64,000 bases of DNA from Acidobacteriota bacterium. Its GTDB lineage: Bacteria > Acidobacteriota > UBA890 > WLXD01. Positions 38,007 to 46,107 of this stretch are shown in pieces. The notes beneath the pieces are model-generated. The model searched no databases, was not told where the DNA came from, and was given only the letters and a program-made list of their open reading frames with translations. The DNA lies in assembly GCA_965248695.1 (NCBI GenBank), contig CBDFKD010000002.1, forward strand, positions 4,704,001 through 4,768,000, written 5' to 3'. The first letter of the stretch is position 1; each line of letters opens with the position of its first letter. The translations under genes were made by a program, and so were the position numbers.

Positions 38007-39145
38007 CGAACTCACACCTGATCGTACCGACGGTTCCGATGCCGACGCCGGATGCGCTCTGGGACCTGGTGATCATCGGCGCCGGGCCCGCCGGGTGTGC
38101 AGCGGCGATCACCGCTCGTCGCCAGGGCCTGCGCGTGTTGCTCGTCGAACGATCGAAGTTGCCGCGCTACAAGGTTTGCGGCTGCTGCTTGTCACCCCAG
38201 TCGCTAGCCTCTGTAAGGTCCTTCGGCATCCCTGTCGATGCCGCCGGTGCGCCACTTCACAAAGCGAGCATCCGTGGCTGGGGACAGCACGTCGAACTGC
38301 AGCTCGACGATCAGATTGCCGCATCGCGCGCCTGGCTCGATGCCCACCTGGCTCAGCGTGCTGTCGCTGCTGGCGTCGCCCTGCTGCATCCGGTCTCAGC
38401 GCACCTGGGCCGAAGCGCGCCCCAATGGAGGTTCGTGACGCTACGGTCTGCGAACGCCTCAGCGCGGGTTCGGGCACGCCTGGTGATTGCGGCGGACGGG
38501 CTGGGAAGTGGCAGCGAAGTCGGAAAGATGGCCCGGAAGCCAAGTCAGGTCGGAGTGGGGACGACGTTTGCCGCCGACACGGATGGGTTCGAGCGCGGTG
38601 TCGTCCATATGGCCGTTGGAGCCTCGGGCTACGTCGGTGTCGTTCGCCTCGAAGACGGCACCGTCAACGTCGCCGCGTCGCTGCGACGTGAGGCCCTGAG
38701 CGGATCCGACGTCATGGCGGCAACCGGCCAGCTACTTGACGATGCCGGAATGGCCCGACTGCCGGACGGCGGTGCGTGGCGCGGCACCCAGGGCCTCCGA
38801 TTCCGGCCCCGGCTCGCCACCCGGCATCGGGTCATCGCGGCGGGCGACGCGGCCGGGTTCTGGGAGCCGTTTACCGGGGAAGGGATCGGCTGGGCGCTTG
38901 ATGCCGGCGTTCGCGCCGGGGCCGCTGCGGCCGAGCTATCGGAGCACTGGAGCGAGCCGCGGGCGAAGCACTGGACGCGCGAGCAGGGCCGCTGGATCAG
39001 CGGACGTCAACGTCGGAGTCGTGCCGTCGGGCTGCTGGCGCAGTGGCCGTGGATGGGAGCATTGTCGCTTCGCGCCCTGCGGGCGCGGCCGCAACTGGCT
39101 CGATTCGTGATGCCGCGCGCGGATGCCACGGTGACGGCGTGGTGA
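38003..39145 (+). CDS. FAD-dependent oxidoreductase (geranylgeranyl reductase-like)
   Basis: IIGAGPAG, PRYKVCGCCLS, AADG, GDAAGFWEPFTGEGI; ATGA overlap. Confidence 0.9.
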   Translation: MTNSHLIVPTVPMPTPDALWDLVIIGAGPAGCAAAITARRQGLRVLLVERSKLPRYKVCGCCLSPQSLASVRSFGIPVDAAGAPLHKASIRGWGQHVELQLDDQIAASRAWLDAHLAQRAVAAGVALLHPVSAHLGRSAPQWRFVTLRSANASARVRARLVIAADGLGSGSEVGKMARKPSQVGVGTTFAADTDGFERGVVHMAVGASGYVGVVRLEDGTVNVAASLRREALSGSDVMAATGQLLDDAGMARLPDGGAWRGTQGLRFRPRLATRHRVIAAGDAAGFWEPFTGEGIGWALDAGVRAGAAAAELSEHWSEPRAKHWTREQGRWISGRQRRSRAVGLLAQWPWMGALSLRALRARPQLARFVMPRADATVTAW

Positions 39146-40227
39146 ATAGGAGCGTCGTCAACATATGCGGCGTTGGCACTGGGGTGCCAGCCCTATCGAT
39201 CGCACAGGACGATGCAGCGGCGCTCAGCGCTGAGCTGGTGTGCCGAGATTCGCGACAGGAGCGTACGCTGCACAAGCTCTTCCGCCGCGCCGGCGTCGAG
39301 CGTCGACACAGCGTCCTGCTCGAATCAACGACGACGCCTTGGCAGAGCTTCTATCCGCCGCGGCAGGAAACCGCCCACGACGGCCCGTCGACCGGCGATC
39401 GGATGGAATCCTACGAGCAACACGCTGTTGAGTTGGGGCGCCTCGCGTCGCGAAACGCGCTGGCGGATGCGGACGTGTCGCCTGATGACGTCAGTCATCT
39501 GCTGACGGTGTCGTGCACGGGTTTCTTTGCCCCCGGTCTCGACGCCGGCTTGGTCTCGGCGCTCGGACTGAGCGCCGACGTCACGCGAGCCCATCTCGGG
39601 TTCATGGGATGTCACGGTCTGCTCAATGCGCTGGCGCTGGCACGTCCGATCGTCCGGAGTGATACCGACGCCCGGGTGCTGCTGTGCGCAGTCGAGCTGT
39701 GCAGCCTCCACTACAGCTACCGGTGGGATTCCGAGCGGCTGGTCGCCAACGCCCTGTTCGCCGACGGCGCCGCGGCTTTGCTCGTCGGGGGTGGCACGCC
39801 GATATTGAGCGTCTCGGCGCAGGGGTCGACGCTCCTACCGGACAGCGCCGAGGCGATGACCTGGCGGATTCGCGATCACGGCTTCGAGATGACGCTATCC
39901 TCCAACTTACCGGCGCTCATCCGGGATGGCGCAGCCCAGTGGGTGCGCGCCTGGCTCGCGGCACAGGGCGTCCGTCCGAGTGAGGTCAGGACCTGGGCAG
40001 TGCACCCGGGCGGCCCACGGATTCTGCGCGCTTTCGCCGAGGCGCTGGAGTTGGACGACGATGCGATGGCTCTTTCCCGAGGCATCCTCGAGCGCTACGG
40101 CAACATGTCATCCGCCACCATCGGGTTCATCCTCGCGACGGCGCGCGATCAGGAGCTCGTTGGTCCTGGCGTTGCCATCGGACTGGGCCCGGGGCTGACC
40201 GTCGAGGCAATGCTGTTCGACGCCTAG
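39142..40227 (+). CDS. Type III polyketide synthase (chalcone synthase-like)
   Basis: Catalytic triad in FMGCHG, VHPGG and YGNMSS; LFADGAAA; GPGLTVE; GTGA overlap. Confidence 0.94.
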   Translation: MNRSVVNICGVGTGVPALSIAQDDAAALSAELVCRDSRQERTLHKLFRRAGVERRHSVLLESTTTPWQSFYPPRQETAHDGPSTGDRMESYEQHAVELGRLASRNALADADVSPDDVSHLLTVSCTGFFAPGLDAGLVSALGLSADVTRAHLGFMGCHGLLNALALARPIVRSDTDARVLLCAVELCSLHYSYRWDSERLVANALFADGAAALLVGGGTPILSVSAQGSTLLPDSAEAMTWRIRDHGFEMTLSSNLPALIRDGAAQWVRAWLAAQGVRPSEVRTWAVHPGGPRILRAFAEALELDDDAMALSRGILERYGNMSSATIGFILATARDQELVGPGVAIGLGPGLTVEAMLFDA

Positions 40228-40298
40228 GGGTCCGGAGCGGCGGCGCGGTGGCTCGAGCCGCGCGCGGAGTGTCGGTCCATCCTGGCCCGAGCAGTCCT

Positions 40299-42602
40299 CT
40301 ACCACTGAAACGCGTAGGTCATCTTCGCGGTCAAGGATCGGTCTTCGAGGCCGGCGAACTCGCCGCTGAACCGGCGCGTCTGCCGATACACCAGATAGAA
40401 GCTGTCGCCGATGCGATAGATATAGCGCAGACGGCCGAACAACGAGATCTCGTCGGTGACGCTGTCGTACTGCACCAAAGCGTCCGTCAGCCATCGATCT
40501 GAAAACGAAACGTCGGCGCGTAGCCGCGCCAGATGAACGACGAACGACCCGCCGGGCAGACTTGCGCTATGGCGGCTGTAGTCGGCCCGCAGGCTGAAGT
40601 TCTCGCTCATCCTCAGGCCCAACCGCGGGGTCAGGAATAGCCTGTCGCCGTCGAAGAACTCGCCGGTGCGGATCGACAGGCCACCGCTGACGCGTCGACC
40701 CGGATAGCTGCTGAGGGTGATCGACCACTGGTTGAAGTCGTACCCGCCAGCCGGAATCGTGACGGTCGGATGAACATCGAAAGGAGCATCGAGCAGTTCG
40801 AAACGATTGCGAACGGTGGCGAAGAACGAGTCGCCAGATTCGAAGATGACACGAGTCAGCAACATGCTGGTGCGTGTCACCAGCTGCCCGTCCGTCGTCG
40901 TGTTGCGATCAAAGACCGGACCGATCTCCACCTGGCGCAGCCAGGACACCCCCGGCCGCGGCTTGTAGCTGCCGGTAAGTCGCTTCTTGATGATGTCGGT
41001 GCGAGGGATGAAGCCGAGGTCAGTGCGGAAGTCCTCCTCGATCACCATGATCTCAGCATTCGCCTCCCATAGATCGCTCTCCCAACGCGTTTGGAAGTGA
41101 CCGATCCACGAGCCGCCTTCGACCTCGTTGTCGTGCGCCTGGGCGGCGAAGCCCGAGATATTGAGGTGGTCGAAGAGGTTGAAGTCGGCGTCGATCCCGG
41201 CGACACGGTTGGTGTCCCCCTCGGGCCCCTGGACGTTGCTGACGAAGGCACCGACGCTGGAGCGGGCAAGTAGATCCTGGCGCCAGCGCAGGGCGGTGTA
41301 GTTGCGGCCCGCACCGAACTGCGAGTCGCCGGTCTGGACGTTGAGAAAGCCGAGGTTTCCGCTACCGATCTTGCCGGTGAGCTTGGCGCCGAAATCGATC
41401 GGCAGCGAGTTGCCGTCGTCATCCAGCCCGATGCGGCGCGAGAAGAAGAGCCGCGATGGCGGTGCCTGCCCGAGCCCACCCTCGGTGTTGCCGAAGGTGA
41501 AGCTGTTGGCAGCCTCCAGGAAGAACTCGCGCTTTTCCGGGAAGAAAAGCGAGAAGCGCGTCAGGTTGACCCGCTGCTCGTCGACTTCCACTTGGGCGAA
41601 ATCGGTGTTGTACGTCAGCTGTGCCGTGAGGTTCGAGGTCAGCTTGAACTTGAAGTCCTCGATGCCGAACGCGGCCGACGTTTCCGAGATCGGGGCCTCC
41701 CGCTGCTGGAAGGAATCGTATCCACCGAGCACGTACGGCTTGAGGCGAAAGCGCCCCGTCAATCGCAGGTTCTCCAGGCCCTGCAACCGTCCTGCCTGGG
41801 AGATCGTCATGAACTCGTAGTCCTGGCTGTAGTTGCTCCAGACGACCTCCTCGTTCTTGCGACGAATCTGGCGGCGAAAATCGATCCCCCATACCAGACT
41901 GCCCTGCGCATAACGCAGGCTGGCCAAGGGAATGCTCATCTCGGCCTCCCAGCCCCTGTCGGTGATCTGGGCTGCCGCCTCCCAACGCTCGTCCCAATCC
42001 TGATTGACCTCGCGCTCGTTTCGCACCGTCGCATCGCTGCGCGTGCCCAACGCGTTGACGGTGAACACGAAGGCGTTGCGATGATCGTGGAAGGTGTCCA
42101 GGATGACGCTCACGGTGTCGTCGGATCGTCCGGCCGCTCGAGCTCCGGCGCCGCCTCCGCCAGTACCTCTGCCCGGCCGCTGGGTGCGAAGTCGGAGGCT
42201 GTCGCGTCGCAGTTGCGTGGCGCGAATGCCACTCGGGTTGCTATCGAAGAGAACGAACCCGAAGTAGAGGTTCTCGTCGTCATAGAGGATGCGAACCTCG
42301 GTTCTCTCGGAAGCCGGAGCCCCCTCGATGGGCTCCCGCTGGCGGAATTCGGAGAGCGCCACCGCTTCGGTCCAGACCTGGTCGTCGAGGCGACCGTCCA
42401 GGGTCGGCGCAACGGCTACGCGGGTTGCAGAGACGGACTTCTCGACGTCCACGGTGAGGGGTGCCTGCGCTCCCTCCGTGAACCCTCCATTGGTTGCCCA
42501 GGCAACCGGGATCCACGGTGTTGGGAGCAGCGCACAGGTCGCCAGCAACAGGCCCGCTAGGCGCCGATGCACAGCACCGCCGGGTTTCAAGGGGTCGGTC
42601 AT
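40299..42602 (-). CDS. CBM9-like/DUF5916 putative outer-membrane protein, paralog 3
   Basis: APTLDGRLDD; YNTDFAQVEVDEQRVNLTRFSLFFPEKREFFLE; ends YAFQW. Start 42602 or GTG 42572. Confidence 0.85.
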   Translation of the reverse strand: MTDPLKPGGAVHRRLAGLLLATCALLPTPWIPVAWATNGGFTEGAQAPLTVDVEKSVSATRVAVAPTLDGRLDDQVWTEAVALSEFRQREPIEGAPASERTEVRILYDDENLYFGFVLFDSNPSGIRATQLRRDSLRLRTQRPGRGTGGGGAGARAAGRSDDTVSVILDTFHDHRNAFVFTVNALGTRSDATVRNEREVNQDWDERWEAAAQITDRGWEAEMSIPLASLRYAQGSLVWGIDFRRQIRRKNEEVVWSNYSQDYEFMTISQAGRLQGLENLRLTGRFRLKPYVLGGYDSFQQREAPISETSAAFGIEDFKFKLTSNLTAQLTYNTDFAQVEVDEQRVNLTRFSLFFPEKREFFLEAANSFTFGNTEGGLGQAPPSRLFFSRRIGLDDDGNSLPIDFGAKLTGKIGSGNLGFLNVQTGDSQFGAGRNYTALRWRQDLLARSSVGAFVSNVQGPEGDTNRVAGIDADFNLFDHLNISGFAAQAHDNEVEGGSWIGHFQTRWESDLWEANAEIMVIEEDFRTDLGFIPRTDIIKKRLTGSYKPRPGVSWLRQVEIGPVFDRNTTTDGQLVTRTSMLLTRVIFESGDSFFATVRNRFELLDAPFDVHPTVTIPAGGYDFNQWSITLSSYPGRRVSGGLSIRTGEFFDGDRLFLTPRLGLRMSENFSLRADYSRHSASLPGGSFVVHLARLRADVSFSDRWLTDALVQYDSVTDEISLFGRLRYIYRIGDSFYLVYRQTRRFSGEFAGLEDRSLTAKMTYAFQW

Positions 42603-42742
42603 CACGGGCGCTCCAATCCCGTCGAGATCCACGATCGCCGTCGGCCGGTGGATCCCGGAAGCGGTGTTTTTTGTCAGATCTCTGCACCCTGACCAGCTCA
42701 CATCGATGCACGGCTTGTATAGTGCCGTCTGAGTACATGCCG

Positions 42743-43591
42743 ATGAGAACCCACCTGGTCTCCCTTGTCATTGTCGCAATCGCGACCCTCGCCGGCAGCC
42801 TGACTGCAGTTGGTGCGAGCCAGCTTCCGCTCTCCCCTTCTCGGGAAAGCGGCCAGTCGGTGACGCCGGTATTCGAGGGCTGGTTTCAGAACCAGGACGG
42901 CACGTTCGCGCTGTCGTTCGGTTACTTCAACCGCAATGCGGAGGAAGTGCTCGACATCCCGATCGGCGCGAACAACTTCATCGAGCCCGGTGCCAGGAAC
43001 CAGGGACAGCCGACACACTTTCTCACCAGCCGTTACTGGGGTGTGTTTACTGTGACCGTTCCGGCTGATTTCGGCGACCAGCAACTGGTATGGACCCTGA
43101 TGTCGGGCGGCGAGACCATTGCCATTCCGGGTCATCTCCACGTTGACTACGAGATCGAGGTCCTGAAGGACGGAGCATCCGGCAACGCACCGCCGAGCAT
43201 CACGTTCGATCCAGGCAGCCCGTTGGGCCAGGGGCCGACTGGCGTCACCGTCGGTCCGCGCACGGTCGCCATCAGTACACCGCTGACCCTGTCGGTGTCA
43301 GGACGCGATGATCTGGTGCGCCGACCGACCGACATTCCGTTTGCTCCTCCGGATCGACCTCCGATCACGATGACCTGGTTCAAGCACCAAGGACCGGGGC
43401 AGGTCGCGTTCCGCGAGTCGGTGCTCGCGATCGACAGCGCCAGCGGTGAGACGACGACGACCGCGACATTCAGCGCGCCGGGAGACTACCTCCTACGCGT
43501 AACCGCGAACGACTATTCGGGGATCCGGCACGCGGGGAACGCTCAGTGTTGTTGGACGAACGGCTTTGTAAGGGTTCGCGTGACGGAGTGA
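42743..43591 (+). CDS. Secreted hypothetical protein with Ig/PKD-like C-terminal domain and CCWTNG motif
   Basis: Signal peptide; GQSVTPVFEGW..FGYFNRN; TATFSAPGDYLLRVTAND; AQCCWTNG; TATAGT upstream; alternative ATG at 42737. Confidence 0.8.
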   Translation: MRTHLVSLVIVAIATLAGSLTAVGASQLPLSPSRESGQSVTPVFEGWFQNQDGTFALSFGYFNRNAEEVLDIPIGANNFIEPGARNQGQPTHFLTSRYWGVFTVTVPADFGDQQLVWTLMSGGETIAIPGHLHVDYEIEVLKDGASGNAPPSITFDPGSPLGQGPTGVTVGPRTVAISTPLTLSVSGRDDLVRRPTDIPFAPPDRPPITMTWFKHQGPGQVAFRESVLAIDSASGETTTTATFSAPGDYLLRVTANDYSGIRHAGNAQCCWTNGFVRVRVTE

Positions 43592-43635
43592 TCTCGGATG
43601 GATCAGACGCCGAGACCGACAAAGGGAGTCAGGTC

Positions 43636-44961
43636 ATGAGTGGAAGGCGTTTCACGGGGCGTGTGGCGGCAGGCTGCGGGGTCTTTGCTCTGCTGCTGGT
43701 TGCGCCGGTTGTAACGGCGCAGACCGATGGCGAGGTCACCTTTGCCAAGGACGTGGCCCCGATCTTCCAGCAGAAGTGTCAGGTCTGTCATCAGCCCGAC
43801 TCCATCGGGCCCATGTCCTTGTTGACCTACGAGGAAGCGCGCCCTTGGGCACAGGCGATCAAACAGAAGGTGCTCGCCCGGGTCATGCCGCCGTGGCATA
43901 TCGCCAAGAACGTTGGCATCAAGAGCTTCAAGAACGACCGCTCATTGAACGATGGGGAAATCGAGTTGATCGCCCGATGGGTCGATACCGGCGCGCCGCT
44001 TGGCGACGTCAACGACCTCCCGCCCCCCGTCGTGTGGCCCGACCCGGAAGCCTGGCAGCTAGCGGAACGATTCGGCGAGCCAGATCTGATCGTGCGATCG
44101 GCCCCGCATTCGATGCCGGCGCAGGGGCAGGACAGGTGGTGGCGGCCGGTCGTCGACACCGGGCTCACCGAGCCTCGGTGGGTGCGGGCAATCGAGATCA
44201 AACCGTCGTTCCCGGGTGGCCGCAAGATCGTCCATCATGTGCTGGCCAGCCTCGTTCAGGAGGAGGACGAAGTCACCCGTCTGGCAACCAGCTTCGAGGG
44301 GAGTACTCCGGGGGCCGGCCTCTTCATGGAGTGGGCGATCGGAAAAGTCGGCGAGATCTTCCCGGACGACGCCGGCAAGTTGATGCTCCCGGGCTCGAAG
44401 ATCCGCTGGGAGGTCCACTACCACGCCATCGGTCAGGAGCTCGTGGACGACGTTGTCGAGATGGGTCTCTACTTCTACCCGAAAGGCCAGGAGCCGAAGT
44501 ACCGCTCGATCCTGACCGCATTCAGCGGCCGGGAGGGCGAGATGGACATCCGCCCGGAGCAGATCACCACCACCGTCGGTTTCACCCTGCTGAGGGCGCC
44601 GGCTCGAATCGAGAACTTCCAGCCTCACATGCACATGCGGGGCAGGGCGATGTCGATGGAGGCCATCTACCCGGACGGTCGCATCGAGCAGTTGAGCACG
44701 GTCGACAACTTCCAGTGGAACTGGCATGTCAACTACGTATACGCGGATGACGTCGCACCCGTGCTGCCAAGAGGCACCATCATCAAGATCACGACATGGC
44801 ACGACAACACCGCGGACAACCCGGCCAACCCGGATCCAGCGCAGTGGGTCGGGTACGGCGAGCGAACGGTCGACGAGATGGGGTTCGCCTGGGTCGACGT
44901 TACCTATCTGAACGAAGACGACTACGAGAGGCTGGCGGCCGAGCGAGGCGCGAGGCGGTAG
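43636..44961 (+). CDS. Cytochrome c fused to a copper type II (PHM/DBM-like) monooxygenase, secreted
   Basis: Signal peptide; CQVCH; IVHHVL, EVHYH, PHMHMRG, FQWNWH, DEMG; GGGAG upstream. Confidence 0.85.
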   Translation: MSGRRFTGRVAAGCGVFALLLVAPVVTAQTDGEVTFAKDVAPIFQQKCQVCHQPDSIGPMSLLTYEEARPWAQAIKQKVLARVMPPWHIAKNVGIKSFKNDRSLNDGEIELIARWVDTGAPLGDVNDLPPPVVWPDPEAWQLAERFGEPDLIVRSAPHSMPAQGQDRWWRPVVDTGLTEPRWVRAIEIKPSFPGGRKIVHHVLASLVQEEDEVTRLATSFEGSTPGAGLFMEWAIGKVGEIFPDDAGKLMLPGSKIRWEVHYHAIGQELVDDVVEMGLYFYPKGQEPKYRSILTAFSGREGEMDIRPEQITTTVGFTLLRAPARIENFQPHMHMRGRAMSMEAIYPDGRIEQLSTVDNFQWNWHVNYVYADDVAPVLPRGTIIKITTWHDNTADNPANPDPAQWVGYGERTVDEMGFAWVDVTYLNEDDYERLAAERGARR

Positions 44962-46107
44962 ATGTCCTCCTCTCGGCTCGGCAGCATCGTTGTCACGACG
45001 ATCATCGCGGCTCTGCTGTCGGCAGCCAGCCCCACTCGAGGCCAGTCTCCGATCCGGCGTTATCTCTACGTGGGAACGCCGGACGGGGCTCAGGCATATA
45101 TGCAACCGGCGGACCGTCGGTCCGCTCCTGGCATAGTCATTTTCGACATCGACAACGGCCACGAGTTTGTCCGACGGATCGACATGCCGCGCTTCGCGGA
45201 GGGTTTGCGCGGCTATTACGGTGGTCTGCGCGGCTTTACCGGCAACCTCTTGACACACAGTGTCTACTACTCCATCGGCGAGGGCGGCCTGGGGGCGTTC
45301 GATCTGGAGACGGAGGAGATCGTCTGGGAGCAGACCTACCACGACGGGGGTTGCTGCGATCGATCGTCGATCACGATGGACGGCAAGAAGATCTACGCCC
45401 CCACCGGATGGTGGTATCCAGGGGCGGATAGTGGCCTGGTGGTCATCGATGCAGAAACCGGCGAGCTGATCAAACGCATCCCAATCGGCCTTGAGGCCCA
45501 CAACAGCATCGTCAGCCTCGACGGCCGGCGCGCGTACCTGGGTACGCTAAAGATGCTGACGATCATCGACACGAGTACCGACCGCATCATCCGGCAGATC
45601 AAGGACTTGGGTGAAGACCGCGTATTTCCCTTCACCATGGATCGAGACAACCGCATCGGTTACGTGTGTCTCGGCGAGCATGTCGGGTTCCAAGTAGTCG
45701 ACCTGGAAACCGGAGAGATCAAGCACCGGGTTCTGGCCGGGAACGAGCCCATTCCCCATCAAACGCACGGAGTGGCACTCACACCCGATGAGACCGAGCT
45801 CTGGATCAGCGATCAAGCGAATCGCAAGTTCTACGTTTTCGACGCCACCAAGATGCCGCCGGAGCCGAAGGGGCAAGTAGAGGTGTCCGAGGACGGACAC
45901 GGGTGGTTGACGTTCAGCATCGACGGTCAGTACGCGTGGACCCATACGCCCGATGTCTTTGATGCGAAGACGAAGCAGCGCGTCGCCACCTTGAAGGATG
46001 AAACCGGCACGCCGATCGGCAGCTCGAAGTTTCTCGAAGTGCACTTTCGCGACGGCAAAGTCGTAGCGGTGGGCAACGAGTTCGGTCTGGGACGCAAGGG
46101 AGAATGA
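44962..46107 (+). CDS. Secreted YncE/YVTN-like beta-propeller
   Basis: Signal peptide; repeats such as HNSIVSLDGRRAY, HGVALTPDETELW, HGWLTFSIDGQYAW; GGCCDR; starts directly after the upstream stop. Confidence 0.8.
   Translation: MSSSRLGSIVVTTIIAALLSAASPTRGQSPIRRYLYVGTPDGAQAYMQPADRRSAPGIVIFDIDNGHEFVRRIDMPRFAEGLRGYYGGLRGFTGNLLTHSVYYSIGEGGLGAFDLETEEIVWEQTYHDGGCCDRSSITMDGKKIYAPTGWWYPGADSGLVVIDAETGELIKRIPIGLEAHNSIVSLDGRRAYLGTLKMLTIIDTSTDRIIRQIKDLGEDRVFPFTMDRDNRIGYVCLGEHVGFQVVDLETGEIKHRVLAGNEPIPHQTHGVALTPDETELWISDQANRKFYVFDATKMPPEPKGQVEVSEDGHGWLTFSIDGQYAWTHTPDVFDAKTKQRVATLKDETGTPIGSSKFLEVHFRDGKVVAVGNEFGLGRKGE

Noticed and set aside
38003-39145. Flavin-dependent halogenase
   Set aside because: No WxWxIP motif is visible; a reductase-like assignment is safer.
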